Under the pieces are notes generated by a model. The model did no database searches. It was not told the origin of the DNA and worked only from the letters and a program-made list of their open reading frames with translations. Position numbers and translations under genes: made by a program. Source: an uncultured Elusimicrobia bacterium (GTDB lineage: Bacteria; Elusimicrobiota; Elusimicrobia; Elusimicrobiales; UBA9959). From it: 64,000 nt of DNA. The stretch lies in contig CAIXBR010000025.1 of NCBI GenBank assembly GCA_903917735.1, positions 9,761 through 73,760 of the forward strand, given 5' to 3'. Below, piece by piece: positions 33,612 through 42,176 of this stretch (position 1 is the first letter of the stretch; every line of letters begins with the position of its first letter).

Positions 33612-33766
33612 GACTTCACGGAAGGTCCAGCCAAGGGCATGGGTTCGGCGGGCCCTGTCGCAGGGCGAGGCTTGCGTAAGCGCCGAGCCCGAGAGAGGAG
33701 CCGCGGCCACGGTGTGGCCGACGCGGTGACAGCCGGGCACATGCCCTTGGCTGGACCCGACTTCAC
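33612..33766. mobile_element. MITE-like element: 18-bp perfect terminal inverted repeats flanked by an 8-bp direct repeat
   Basis: GACTTCAC (33612..33619), then GGAA, then IR-L GGTCCAGCCAAGGGCATG (33624..33641). A 98-nt GC-rich core with internal hairpins follows. Then IR-R CATGCCCTTGGCTGGACC (33740..33757), C, and GACTTCAC (33759..33766). No credible ORF. Confidence 0.5.
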
Positions 33767-33797
33767 ATCTCGCGGTTCTTTGTTATAGCGTGCGGTA

Positions 33798-34517
33798 TTA
33801 CAGCTTGAAGTCCCAGCCGAGGTAGAGCTCTCGGGCCTGGGGGTCGTTCAGCAGCTTGTCGGCGTTGCCGTCGATAAGGATCTGCCCCTGGTAGATGAGA
33901 TAGGAACGGTCGGTGATGGAAAGCGTCTCGCGCACGTTGTGGTCCGTAATAAGGATACCTATGCCTTTCTCCTTCAAGTGAAGGATGATCTTCTTTAGGT
34001 CGCTCACGGTGATAGGGTCGATGCCGACAAAAGGTTCGTCCAGGAGGATGATCTTCGGGTCGTTTATCATCACGCGCGCCACCTCCAGGCGCCGCTTCTC
34101 GCCGCCGGACAGCGTCCAGGCCTTCTGCCCCTTAAGCTTCAGCAGCCCGAACTCACCCAGCAGCGCTTCAACCCGCTCCCGCATAACCTTCTTGTCCGGA
34201 GTGGTCCGCTCAAGAATAGCCTCAAGGTTCTCGGCCACCGTAAGGCCCCGGAACACCGTAGGTTCCTGCGCCAGGTAGCCTATCCCGCCCCGCGCCCGCT
34301 GGTACATCGGCTCCGAAGTCACATCGTGCCCGTCCATAAGGACCGCGCCGGCGTCCGGTTCGAGAAAACCCACCAGCATATGGAAAGTAGTGGTTTTTCC
34401 CGCGCCGTTGGGACCGAGCAGGCCGCAAACCTCGCCGGAGTTGACGTTAAGCGAAATGCCGTTAACCACCGGGCGTCGGCCAAAGTGTTTTTCAAGCAGG
34501 CGGCATTCAAGTTTCAT
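33798..34517 (-). CDS. lptB: LPS export ABC transporter ATP-binding protein LptB
   Basis: Start at ATG 34517 (MKLECRLLEKHF). Walker A GPNGAGKTTTF, signature LSGGEKRRLEVAR, Walker B IILLDEPF. It is adjacent to the lptA/lptC-like genes. Confidence 0.9.
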   Translation of the reverse strand: MKLECRLLEKHFGRRPVVNGISLNVNSGEVCGLLGPNGAGKTTTFHMLVGFLEPDAGAVLMDGHDVTSEPMYQRARGGIGYLAQEPTVFRGLTVAENLEAILERTTPDKKVMRERVEALLGEFGLLKLKGQKAWTLSGGEKRRLEVARVMINDPKIILLDEPFVGIDPITVSDLKKIILHLKEKGIGILITDHNVRETLSITDRSYLIYQGQILIDGNADKLLNDPQARELYLGWDFKL

Positions 34518-34539
34518 AGGCGGAAAGAACAAGGTTCTG

Positions 34540-35238
34540 CTACTTTTTAATGGCTGGGAGCGCCGTCTTCACTCCGGCTCCCGTATCTTTTACCCAGCCG
34601 GTCACGTTATTATAGAACTTTATATCCCGGCTGTCCCTGAAGAACTGTATCTTGTTCGCGTTTATGGCGAAATTGTATCCCTCGCGTGTGCCCACCGCCA
34701 GCGGCGTGGACTCATGCATCGTGAAGGTCCGTTCCAGATTATTGTACATCCCCATCCCGGAGAACATATCCATGTTCTCCGTAGAAAGGGCCAGGTTCCC
34801 GTCAAAATACATATGCCCGGACTTGTTCTCCACCTTGGCGGTCCTGGACTTCGCGTTCAGAACGCGCCCGTCCGCGCCGGTGTATTTCATGCGGACCGGC
34901 AGAGCGCCGCTGTTAAGGTAGGCCTCCTCGGAGGTCTCGATATAGATGGCCCGGTCGCAGTATACTTCCACCTGGGATTTATCTACGAAGCGTCGCAGCG
35001 TATAAATAGAGCCCTTTATGTTCCAGGTCTGGACGGGCCGGGCGTAAAGCGCATAATCGGCCTTAAGAGTGTAATGGGGATTACGGAACGAAACATTGCC
35101 TTCAAAGACCTCCTGGTCCTTGGCGCGGTCCATTTTCCACTTGTCGCTCTTTACCACGGACCCCATCATGAGGTCCTCGCCGGCGGCCAGCGGCAGGGCG
35201 ACTGGCATCAGGAGGAGGGAGAGTAAAAGTTTTATCAT
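34540..35238 (-). CDS. lptA: LptA/OstA-N family periplasmic LPS transport protein
   Basis: Signal peptide MIKLLLSLLLMPVALPLAAG. Repetitive beta-jellyroll-type sequence (FEGNVSF..., YFDGNLAL...). Position between lptC and lptB. Confidence 0.7.
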   Translation of the reverse strand: MIKLLLSLLLMPVALPLAAGEDLMMGSVVKSDKWKMDRAKDQEVFEGNVSFRNPHYTLKADYALYARPVQTWNIKGSIYTLRRFVDKSQVEVYCDRAIYIETSEEAYLNSGALPVRMKYTGADGRVLNAKSRTAKVENKSGHMYFDGNLALSTENMDMFSGMGMYNNLERTFTMHESTPLAVGTREGYNFAINANKIQFFRDSRDIKFYNNVTGWVKDTGAGVKTALPAIKK

Positions 35239-35738
35239 TTTCCTGAAAGCCGGGTTTCCTGGTGCTGTATCTCTATCTCGGATAGGTCGGGATTAGCGAC
35301 AAAGCCCCGGCCTTTTATGACTGTGTGGCCCCTGTAGATGGTTACGGCTTCCTCCGTCCAGATCTTTCCGCGGGCGGAGCTATAGTAAAGCTTGGTGGTT
35401 TTGAGCCGCATCCCGTCCTTCTTCGAGTCCACCTGCACGTCGTCGGTCAGCTCGGCCGCCTTTTCGCGCATCTGCAGCACGCCGGTCCTGGAGGTTATTT
35501 CCGAGGTGACCTTCCCCAGGTCATAGAATTGTATCTTCGGAAAGTCGAAGGAAATAACGCTTTTCTTCTCGTCCAGCCGGCCTCCGGCCGAGTCCAGCCG
35601 CCAGCGCAAAGAACTGGAGTCCGATTCCGCTATGGAAAATTTCTTAAGCAGGCTCACCCCGGGAGCCGCCTCACGGTGCTCTCCGGCCGAGCAGCCGGCC
35701 AGGGCCGCCGCCATAAGAAGAAAGCCGAGCTTATTCAA
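35235..35738 (-). CDS. lptC: LptC-like LPS export protein (lipoprotein-type signal)
   Basis: MNKLGFLLMAAALAGCSAG contains a lipobox. About 150 aa beta-rich with LptC-like size and position. 4-nt overlaps with both neighbours. Confidence 0.6.
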   Translation of the reverse strand: MNKLGFLLMAAALAGCSAGEHREAAPGVSLLKKFSIAESDSSSLRWRLDSAGGRLDEKKSVISFDFPKIQFYDLGKVTSEITSRTGVLQMREKAAELTDDVQVDSKKDGMRLKTTKLYYSSARGKIWTEEAVTIYRGHTVIKGRGFVANPDLSEIEIQHQETRLSGK

Positions 35739-36715
35739 CCCAGGCCTTCTTTGAGCAGGTCGCGCTCGTCGATGATCCCGACAGGTCGCCCTGTTCTGGA
35801 ATTGGTGACCGGCAGGGTATCTACATTCTTTTCGGAAATTATGCGCGCGGCCTCCATCGCCATCGTCTCAGGGTGCACCGTCATGGGCTTGCGCGTCATC
35901 ACTTCGCCTACCGGGGTAGAAAGATCGGTAAAGCCTTTCTGTAGCTGGCGGCGAATATCGCCGTCGGTGAAATAACCGGACAACCGCCCGCCTTTTCCCG
36001 TAACCGATACCGCTCCGGCTCTTGTGTCCGTCATCACCTTCAGGGCCGCCGCCAGGCTGGAAGTTTCCTTTATGACCGGGTTTTCGCGGCCCTTGTGCAT
36101 CAGGTCGGCCACTTTTAAATTCAGCAGTTTGCCCAGGTTGCCTCCCGGGTGCAACCGCGCGAAGCGGGTCTTATCGAAGCCTTTAAGGGTCATTAGAGTT
36201 ACGGCCAGCGCGTCGCCCAGGGCCAGCATGGCCGTGGTGGAGGAGGTAGGCACTATACCGTACGGACAAGCCTCGCCTTTTACGTGCAGCCTCAGGACCA
36301 CGTCGGAGCGGCGCGCCATGCGCGAGCCGGGATTGTTGGTTATGGAAATTACCGAAAGGCCCTGCCTGCTGAGTATCGGCAGCAGTTTTTCCATCTCTTC
36401 CGTTTCGCCGGAATAGGAGAGCGCGAGCGCGATGTCGTCCGCGGCTATCATGCCCAGGTCGCCGTGCAGGGATTCCACAGGATGCAGGTAGATGCTGCGC
36501 GTGCCGGTGGAGGCCAGCGTGGCGGCTATCTTGCGCGCGATAAGGCCGGACTTGCCCACGCCCAGCAGCACAACCTTGCCCGGGCAGGCGGCCAGCAGTC
36601 TCACCGCCTTCAGGAACGATGCATCCAGGGTTTTTGAAAGGCCGGCTACAGCGCGGCTTTCGGCGGCTATCACGCCGCAGGCCGTTTTTAATATCAGTTT
36701 TTCCTTGGCGGTCAT
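35735..36715 (-). CDS. kdsD: Arabinose-5-phosphate isomerase (KpsF/GutQ/KdsD family)
   Basis: SIS domain (VVLLGVGKSGLIARKIAATLASTGTRSIYLHP, ALSYSGETEE) followed by two CBS motifs. 326 aa. Confidence 0.9.
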   Translation of the reverse strand: MTAKEKLILKTACGVIAAESRAVAGLSKTLDASFLKAVRLLAACPGKVVLLGVGKSGLIARKIAATLASTGTRSIYLHPVESLHGDLGMIAADDIALALSYSGETEEMEKLLPILSRQGLSVISITNNPGSRMARRSDVVLRLHVKGEACPYGIVPTSSTTAMLALGDALAVTLMTLKGFDKTRFARLHPGGNLGKLLNLKVADLMHKGRENPVIKETSSLAAALKVMTDTRAGAVSVTGKGGRLSGYFTDGDIRRQLQKGFTDLSTPVGEVMTRKPMTVHPETMAMEAARIISEKNVDTLPVTNSRTGRPVGIIDERDLLKEGLG

Positions 36716-36716
36716 T

Positions 36717-36980
36717 TTATTTAGCCGGCAGTTTGTGTGGGTTAAGCCAAGGGGTCATCTCCGGCGGTATTTCGCGCTGGTCGTAAGGGGGAGGGAGCTT
36801 GTGCAGCAGGTAGCTCAGCCCGAAGAAGAGGACTATCAGCGTCAGGTATATCCAGGCCAGCGTCTTTAAATGCCAGCGCCAGTCCGGGAACCACGCCGGA
36901 GGCATGGTCAGGTCGGTGTTGCATTTCTTGCAGAATTTAAGAGCGGCCCTGTTTTCCTGTCCACAGTTGGGGCATTTCAT
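36717..36980 (-). CDS. Zinc-ribbon membrane protein (87 aa)
   Basis: MKCPNCGQENRAALKFCKKCNTDL has CxxC...CxxC. One TM follows (LAWIYLTLIVLFFGLSYLL), then a Pro-rich tail. Its stop lies 1 nt from the kdsD start. Confidence 0.55.
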   Translation of the reverse strand: MKCPNCGQENRAALKFCKKCNTDLTMPPAWFPDWRWHLKTLAWIYLTLIVLFFGLSYLLHKLPPPYDQREIPPEMTPWLNPHKLPAK

Positions 36981-37004
36981 GTGTTATTCCTCTGGTTTAG
37001 TCTG

Positions 37005-37853
37005 TCACTTTGAACTGATATTGGAAATTTCCAGCGCCAGCCTGTCCACCCGGTTCAGCGCGGCTACCATAGGCTTTACGGCGTCCAGCCTGATGGAATT
37101 CGGGCCGTCGGAGAGCGCCTTGGCCGGGTTGGGGTGCGCCTCGAAGAAAAGGCCGGCAATCTTGAGCGCAGCAGCGGCCTTCGCCAGCGGCATGATGAAG
37201 CCCCTGTCCCCGCCCGTAGCCGTACCCAGCCCGCCGGGCTTCTGCACCGAGTGGGTACAGTCGAAGATGACCGGGTAACCGAAATCTTTCATTATCTCCA
37301 GGGAGCGCATGTCCACCACCAGGTTGCCGTAGCCGAAAGAGGAGCCGCGCTCTGTAAGCATTATCCCGGCCGCCCCGCGGCTCTCCAGCTTTTTTACGAT
37401 GTTCTCGGCTTCCCAGGGGGAAAGGAACTGGCCTTTTTTAACATTCACGGCCCGGCCGGTATCGGCGCAGGCGAAAAGCAGGTCGGTCTGACGGCACATG
37501 AAGGCTGGCACCTGCAGGATGTCGGCGGCCTCGGCCACGCGCGCGGCCTGAGCGGGCTCGTGTACGTCCACCAGCAGCGGCATGCCCAGCCGGTTCTTAA
37601 GGTCTTTAAGGAAGTCCAGCGCGGTCTCCATCCCTATGCCCCGGAAGGACTTGTGGGAGGTGCGGTTCGCCTTGTCGAAAGAGGCCTTCAGCACGAACGG
37701 GGTCTTGAGGGCCGCGAATATGGCCTTCAGTTTTTCAGCCTCCGCGGTGTAAGACTTCGGGGTCTCTATCACGCAGGGGCCCGCTATATAAGCTAGCGGC
37801 CTGTCGTTGGAGAATACTACGTTCTTTACCCTGACCTCTTTTTGTTTAGTCAC
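37005..37853 (-). CDS. kdsA: 3-deoxy-8-phosphooctulonate (KDO-8-P) synthase
   Basis: 282 aa of the DAHP-synthase-I/KdsA family: FVLKASFDKANRTS, VDVHEPAQA, QVPAFMCRQTDLL, NVKKGQF, ERGSSFGY, VIFDCTHSVQ. Confidence 0.92.
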   Translation of the reverse strand: MTKQKEVRVKNVVFSNDRPLAYIAGPCVIETPKSYTAEAEKLKAIFAALKTPFVLKASFDKANRTSHKSFRGIGMETALDFLKDLKNRLGMPLLVDVHEPAQAARVAEAADILQVPAFMCRQTDLLFACADTGRAVNVKKGQFLSPWEAENIVKKLESRGAAGIMLTERGSSFGYGNLVVDMRSLEIMKDFGYPVIFDCTHSVQKPGGLGTATGGDRGFIMPLAKAAAALKIAGLFFEAHPNPAKALSDGPNSIRLDAVKPMVAALNRVDRLALEISNISSK

Positions 37854-37876
37854 ACTGGCTCCTCGGGGACCTCGCC

Positions 37877-39490
37877 CTATTTACAGGCGACGGCTTCCTT
37901 CTTCTTGTTCTTTACCGCCGCGGCCACGAAGCTGAAGAACAGCGGGTGCGGCATCAGCGGCCTGGATTTAAATTCCGGGTGGAACTGCACGCCCACGAAC
38001 CACGGGTGGTCCTTAAGCTCCACTATCTCCGGCAGGTTTATGCTCTTGTTCATGCCGCTTATCCGAAGGCCGTTCTTTTCGCAGAGCGGCGCGTACTTGG
38101 GGTTGAACTCATAGCGGTGGCGGTGGCGCTCCGAGATCTGCGAGCTGCCGTAGATCCTGTGCGCCAGCGTGCCCGGCTTTATGGAGCAGGGCCAGGCGCC
38201 CAGGCGCATGGTGCCGCCCTTGTTCTTTACGTCTTTCTGTTCGGCCATCAGGTCCACTACCGGGTATTTTGTCTTCGGGTTGAACTCGGTGGAGTGCGCG
38301 CCCTTAAGGCCCAGCACGTTCCTGGCGAATTCTATGGTGGTGCACTGCATGCCCAGGCAGATGCCCAGGAAAGGCAGTTTATACTCGCGTGCGTAGCGCA
38401 CGGCCTCTATCTTGCCCTCAATGCCCCTGTCCCCGAAGCCGCCCGGCACTATCAGGCCGTCCGCCTTGGCCAGGCGTTCCTGGCAATCCTTCTCCTCAAC
38501 GTCCACGTAAACGAATTCGGCCTTAACGCCGTTGGCTATGGCGCCGTGCTCCACGGCCTCCACCAGGGATTTGTAGGAGTCCTTCAGCTTGGTGTACTTG
38601 CCGGCTATGGCTATGCGCACCGGCAGGGCGGAGGCTGCCTTCTTGCGGCGCTGGGTAAACTCGGTCCACTCGTCGAAGTCCCACTTGGCGCTCCTGAGCC
38701 TGAGCAACATCATGATCTGCTCGTCCAGGCCCTGCTTCTTCAGCTCGAATGGCACGTCGTAGATGGAGGGGGAATCCGGCGCGTCTATCACGGCTTCCTT
38801 CGGCACGCTGGTGAAAAGGGCGATCTTGTTCTTGATGTCGCGGGCCAGCGGCTTCTCGGCGCGGCAGACAATGATATCGGGGTCTATGCCTATCTCGCGC
38901 AGCTTGTTCACCGAGTGCTGCGTCGGCTTGGTCTTGAGCTCGTCGGAGGCGGAAAGGTACGGGACCAGCGTGACGTGCAGGTAAAGGACGTCGCTGCGGG
39001 TGCGGTCGGGCCGCATTTGGCGCGCGGCTTCCAGGAAAGGCAGGCTCTCTATGTCGCCCACGGTGCCGCCGATCTCGATGATAGTGATGTCGAAGCCTTC
39101 GCCGGCTTTCACGAAGCGGCGCTTGATCTCGTCGGTAATGTGGGGGATAACCTGCACGGTCTGGCCCAGGTAGCCGCCTTTGCGCTCGCAGGCGATCACC
39201 GTCTGGTAGATCTGCCCGGCCGTCATGATGTTGACCCGGCCGGTGTCGATGCCGAGGAAGCGTTCGTAATAGCCAAGGTCCAGGTCGGTCTCGGCGCCGT
39301 CGTCGGTGACGAACACCTCGCCGTGCTGCAGCGGGGCCATGGTGCCGGCGTCCACGTTGATGTACGGGTCGCATTTTATGATGGTGACGGAGAGCCCGTG
39401 CGCTTTAAGCAGGCGGCCTATCGAGGCCGCGGTTATACCCTTGCCCAGCGAACTCACCACACCGCCAGTAACAAATATATATCTTGTCAT
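37877..39490 (-). CDS. pyrG: CTP synthase
   Basis: MTRYIFVTGGVVSSLGKGI amidoligase N-terminus, the DPYINVDAGTM motif, and a GATase domain with FLGICLGMQ and HRHRYEFN. Confidence 0.95.
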   Translation of the reverse strand: MTRYIFVTGGVVSSLGKGITAASIGRLLKAHGLSVTIIKCDPYINVDAGTMAPLQHGEVFVTDDGAETDLDLGYYERFLGIDTGRVNIMTAGQIYQTVIACERKGGYLGQTVQVIPHITDEIKRRFVKAGEGFDITIIEIGGTVGDIESLPFLEAARQMRPDRTRSDVLYLHVTLVPYLSASDELKTKPTQHSVNKLREIGIDPDIIVCRAEKPLARDIKNKIALFTSVPKEAVIDAPDSPSIYDVPFELKKQGLDEQIMMLLRLRSAKWDFDEWTEFTQRRKKAASALPVRIAIAGKYTKLKDSYKSLVEAVEHGAIANGVKAEFVYVDVEEKDCQERLAKADGLIVPGGFGDRGIEGKIEAVRYAREYKLPFLGICLGMQCTTIEFARNVLGLKGAHSTEFNPKTKYPVVDLMAEQKDVKNKGGTMRLGAWPCSIKPGTLAHRIYGSSQISERHRHRYEFNPKYAPLCEKNGLRISGMNKSINLPEIVELKDHPWFVGVQFHPEFKSRPLMPHPLFFSFVAAAVKNKKKEAVACK

Positions 39491-39557
39491 TTTACTCCCC
39501 GCGCGTATGCGCCAAAGTTCTGAAGAGCCTCCCCGCCGGGGGGGGGGCCGGCCCGGG

Positions 39558-40298
39558 CTAACGGCCCCGGGCTAAAAATATTTCTGCGGCCTTAAGGTCC
39601 TCGGGCACGTCTATGGCGGGCCCTAGCGGGGGCACTTCGGCCACGGAGATATTCATGCCGTTCTCGAGCGCGCGCAGCTGTTCAAGGCGCTCAAGCCGCT
39701 CGAGAGGACTGGGCTTGAGCTTAACGAACCGTTTCAGGGCTTCGCGGCGGTAGATGTAGAAGCCGCAATGTTTGTAGTAAGGGTAGCCTTTCAGGTCCGA
39801 CAGCTGGTGGTGGAACGGGATAGCGCAACGGGAGAAGTAAAGCGCCCTGCCCCCCTTGTTCATGGCCACCTTAACGCAGTTGGGGTTCTCAATGTCCTTA
39901 GCTTCTTGTATGCGCGTGCAGGCGGTGCCTATCTGGCAATCCGGCGAATCTTTCAGCTTTTTACAGGCTTTCTTCAGGGTGGCTGCGGTCATGAACGGTT
40001 CGTCACCCTGTATGTTGATGATAAATTCAGCCCTGGTCCCGCGGGACGCCTCATATACCCTGTCCGTGCCGGACTGGCAGCGGGAGCTGGTCATTACGGC
40101 GCGGGCACCGATAGAGCGCGCGAAGGAGAGAACAGCCTCATGTTCGGTGGCTATCGTCACGTCACCAAGCCCGGCCTTCACCGCGGCTTCCCAGCACCAC
40201 TGTATGACAGGCTTGCCGGCAAGGGGCGACAGCACCTTGCCGGGGAAACGCTGAGACCCGTAGCGGGCCGGTATTACGATCAAGCAGTTTTTATCCAT
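39558..40298 (-). CDS. kdsB: 3-deoxy-manno-octulosonate cytidylyltransferase (CMP-KDO synthetase)
   Basis: LIVIPARYGSQRFPGKVLSPLAGKPVIQW, INIQGDEPF and ERLEQLRALENG are typical KdsB motifs. 246 aa. Confidence 0.9.
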   Translation of the reverse strand: MDKNCLIVIPARYGSQRFPGKVLSPLAGKPVIQWCWEAAVKAGLGDVTIATEHEAVLSFARSIGARAVMTSSRCQSGTDRVYEASRGTRAEFIINIQGDEPFMTAATLKKACKKLKDSPDCQIGTACTRIQEAKDIENPNCVKVAMNKGGRALYFSRCAIPFHHQLSDLKGYPYYKHCGFYIYRREALKRFVKLKPSPLERLERLEQLRALENGMNISVAEVPPLGPAIDVPEDLKAAEIFLARGR

Positions 40299-41296
40299 GA
40301 TCTGGCGCTGTCGAGAAGTTCTTCGGACGTGACGGACGCGGTGCCGAGCTTGCCTACTACTATGCCGGCCGCGAAATTGGCGGCGGTGGCGGCCTCCTCC
40401 GGGGAGGCACCGGCGGCCCAGGTAAGGGCCAGCGTGGAGATCACGGTGTCGCCGGCGCCAGTAACGTCGAATACCTCCACCGCGCGGGTGGGGATATGCG
40501 TGCTGCGCACGGACGCGCCGTCGCGTTTAAAAAGGGTCATGCCGTGTTCGCCCTGCGTTATAAGGAGCGAACGGCAGGCCAGCTTCGCCAGTATCTCCCG
40601 TCCCAGCTTCTCGGCCGCCTCCTGGCCGTCGCGTGGGGTGAGACGCATTCCTCCGAAGGCTTCCAGCGTGTTGGGCGTTATGCAGGAAACCCCGCGGTAA
40701 AGCTGGAAGTGTTCGACTTTCGGGTCCACAAAGACGGGAACCCGGCGCTTGAGCGACATTTCAATGGCGGCGCGTATAGTGCCGGGCTCCAGCAGGCCTT
40801 TGCCGTAATCCGAAAGTATTACCGCCTGACAGCCGGCCTTCAATTCCGCTTCCAACGCCGCCAGAGCGGCTTTGCGCGCGGCGTGGGACATGTTGGCGGG
40901 GGTCTCCCGGTCGAAGCGCACCACCTGCTGGTGCTCCGCTATCACGCGGGTCTTCTCAATGGTGGGGAAATTCTCGTCGCGAATAAGAAAAGCGGGACTG
41001 ATGCCGGACTTTCCCAGCAGCGCGCGAAACTCGGCAGCCGCCGCGTCCTTGCCAGTGACGGAGATAAGAGAGGGAACGGCCCCCAACGCGGCTATGTTCA
41101 CGGCCACGTTGGCCGAGCCGCCGCAGACCGTGGACTCGGAGGTCACTCGGACCACGGGGACCGGGGCTTCGGGGGAGATGCGCTTTACCGAACCTTTGAT
41201 GTAACGGTCCAACATCATATCGCCGAACACCGCTATTTTCCTGCCACGGAAACCCGCAACTATGGAGGAAAGCCGCTTAAATCCAGCCTGATTCAT
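40280..41296 (-). CDS. hldE: D-beta-D-heptose 7-phosphate kinase (RfaE/HldE domain I only; PfkB family)
   Basis: Start at ATG 41296 (MNQAGFKRL...). IAVFGDMMLDRYIKGSVKRISPEAPVPVV and VTGAGDTVISTLAL are HldE-kinase/ribokinase motifs. No C-terminal adenylyltransferase domain. Confidence 0.8.
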   Translation of the reverse strand: MNQAGFKRLSSIVAGFRGRKIAVFGDMMLDRYIKGSVKRISPEAPVPVVRVTSESTVCGGSANVAVNIAALGAVPSLISVTGKDAAAAEFRALLGKSGISPAFLIRDENFPTIEKTRVIAEHQQVVRFDRETPANMSHAARKAALAALEAELKAGCQAVILSDYGKGLLEPGTIRAAIEMSLKRRVPVFVDPKVEHFQLYRGVSCITPNTLEAFGGMRLTPRDGQEAAEKLGREILAKLACRSLLITQGEHGMTLFKRDGASVRSTHIPTRAVEVFDVTGAGDTVISTLALTWAAGASPEEAATAANFAAGIVVGKLGTASVTSEELLDSARSWIKTA

Positions 41297-41363
41297 AATA
41301 TATATATTATAGCAGAAGGCAAGAGAAAGCAAAAGAAAGCAAAGGATGGCAGCGGCAGGTAAG

Positions 41364-42176
41364 CTAGGGAGTAATAGTGCGGCGGACCAGTTTAGCCGTC
41401 ACCGAACCTATGAAGATCTCGGCTTTAAGCATCATCGGCAGTTTAAGTTCGTCGTCCGTTATCCAGACCAGCATGCGGCGCCCGGCTTTGGCCACGAAGA
41501 GGCCCTCATCGCCGACCATCGGCTCGAACATGATGCATTTCTTTTTGCCGTAGCCTGTGGAGATAGTTTCCCGTTTGCCGGCTTTTATGGACAGGCGCCA
41601 GTCCCGCCTGGTATTCACGTCCATTTCCACCTTGCCGCCGGGCTCGATGGAGAGGGCGCGCAGGCGGTATACCGCCGAGAGCACGTCGTTAACCGGCTTA
41701 AGGAGCGGGCCCTCGAAAGAGGAAGTCTGGCGGGAGCGGTTCATTTTCTCGCCGAAGAAGCGCTTCCCGGGGCCGTCGAAGACGACCCACTCGTTAAAGA
41801 AATATTTACCCTCGGAAACTTTCTTGTAGTAACCGTAGGAGTGAAGATCGGCGGCATCCATCCAGGAGTCATTGCGGTCAGCCACTTTATAGAAGCTGGC
41901 GATAAAGGAACCGGACTTGGCCTCGGACAAGATATGCCAGGCGGGGCGCGAGGATATATCCACTGCGCCGGCTATCTTGATGTAGGATCTTCCGACGTAA
42001 ATGGCTCCCCAGTAGATATCGTACTCAAGCGTCTCGCCGTTGACCAGACCGGGCACCGTGCCCTCCACGGCGGAGGTGCTGGGGGGAAGCTTCCAGTACG
42101 GGTGTGAAAGGAGCTCCTCTCCGGCGGAAGCGGGGACGCAGAAAAACAGGAACAGGACCAGGGCTTTAATAACCAT
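41364..42176 (-). CDS. DUF3108-like secreted beta-rich protein
   Basis: Signal peptide MVIKALVLFLFFCVPASAG. ETLEYDIYWGAIYVGRSYIKI and the overall ~250-aa beta pattern resemble DUF3108. The call is by recollection only. Confidence 0.5.
   Translation of the reverse strand: MVIKALVLFLFFCVPASAGEELLSHPYWKLPPSTSAVEGTVPGLVNGETLEYDIYWGAIYVGRSYIKIAGAVDISSRPAWHILSEAKSGSFIASFYKVADRNDSWMDAADLHSYGYYKKVSEGKYFFNEWVVFDGPGKRFFGEKMNRSRQTSSFEGPLLKPVNDVLSAVYRLRALSIEPGGKVEMDVNTRRDWRLSIKAGKRETISTGYGKKKCIMFEPMVGDEGLFVAKAGRRMLVWITDDELKLPMMLKAEIFIGSVTAKLVRRTITP

Noticed and set aside
33600-33660. Resemblance of CGGAAGG-TCCAGCCAAGGGCA to the SRP (4.5S) RNA helix-8 3' strand (GGAAGCAGCCAAGGCAG with a GGAA tetraloop)
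   Set aside because: The upstream strand (UACCGGCGUGACUUCAC) cannot form the conserved symmetric and asymmetric loops or the UCC/GGA closing helix. In addition, the CAGCCAAGG segment is part of a perfect 18-bp inverted repeat pairing with 33740..33757. I judge the match coincidental, though a cmsearch with the bacterial SRP model would settle it.
33561-33788. 75-aa ORF (MSKISCKNRETVLCYRRDF...)
   Set aside because: It spans both arms of the 18-bp inverted repeat of the MITE-like element. It has no RBS and an Arg/Gly-rich composition, so it is most likely non-coding.
37946-39523. 525-aa ORF on the plus strand, antisense to pyrG
   Set aside because: It is a shadow ORF of the highly conserved CTP synthase gene. 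Its composition is low-complexity and Arg/Gly/Ala/Val/His-rich.
39538-39547. G10 (C10 on the coding strand) tract in the kdsB-pyrG intergenic spacer; also G9 in nadB (27552..27560), G8 in ruvB (about 61706..61713) and ruvC (about 62945..62952), and A9 in ruvC (62812..62820)
   Set aside because: Homopolymers occur in housekeeping genes as Pro/Gly/Phe/Lys codon runs. They therefore look like a compositional habit of this genome, or a sequencing-error hotspot, rather than dedicated contingency loci. They weaken the phase-variation idea noted for the surface genes.
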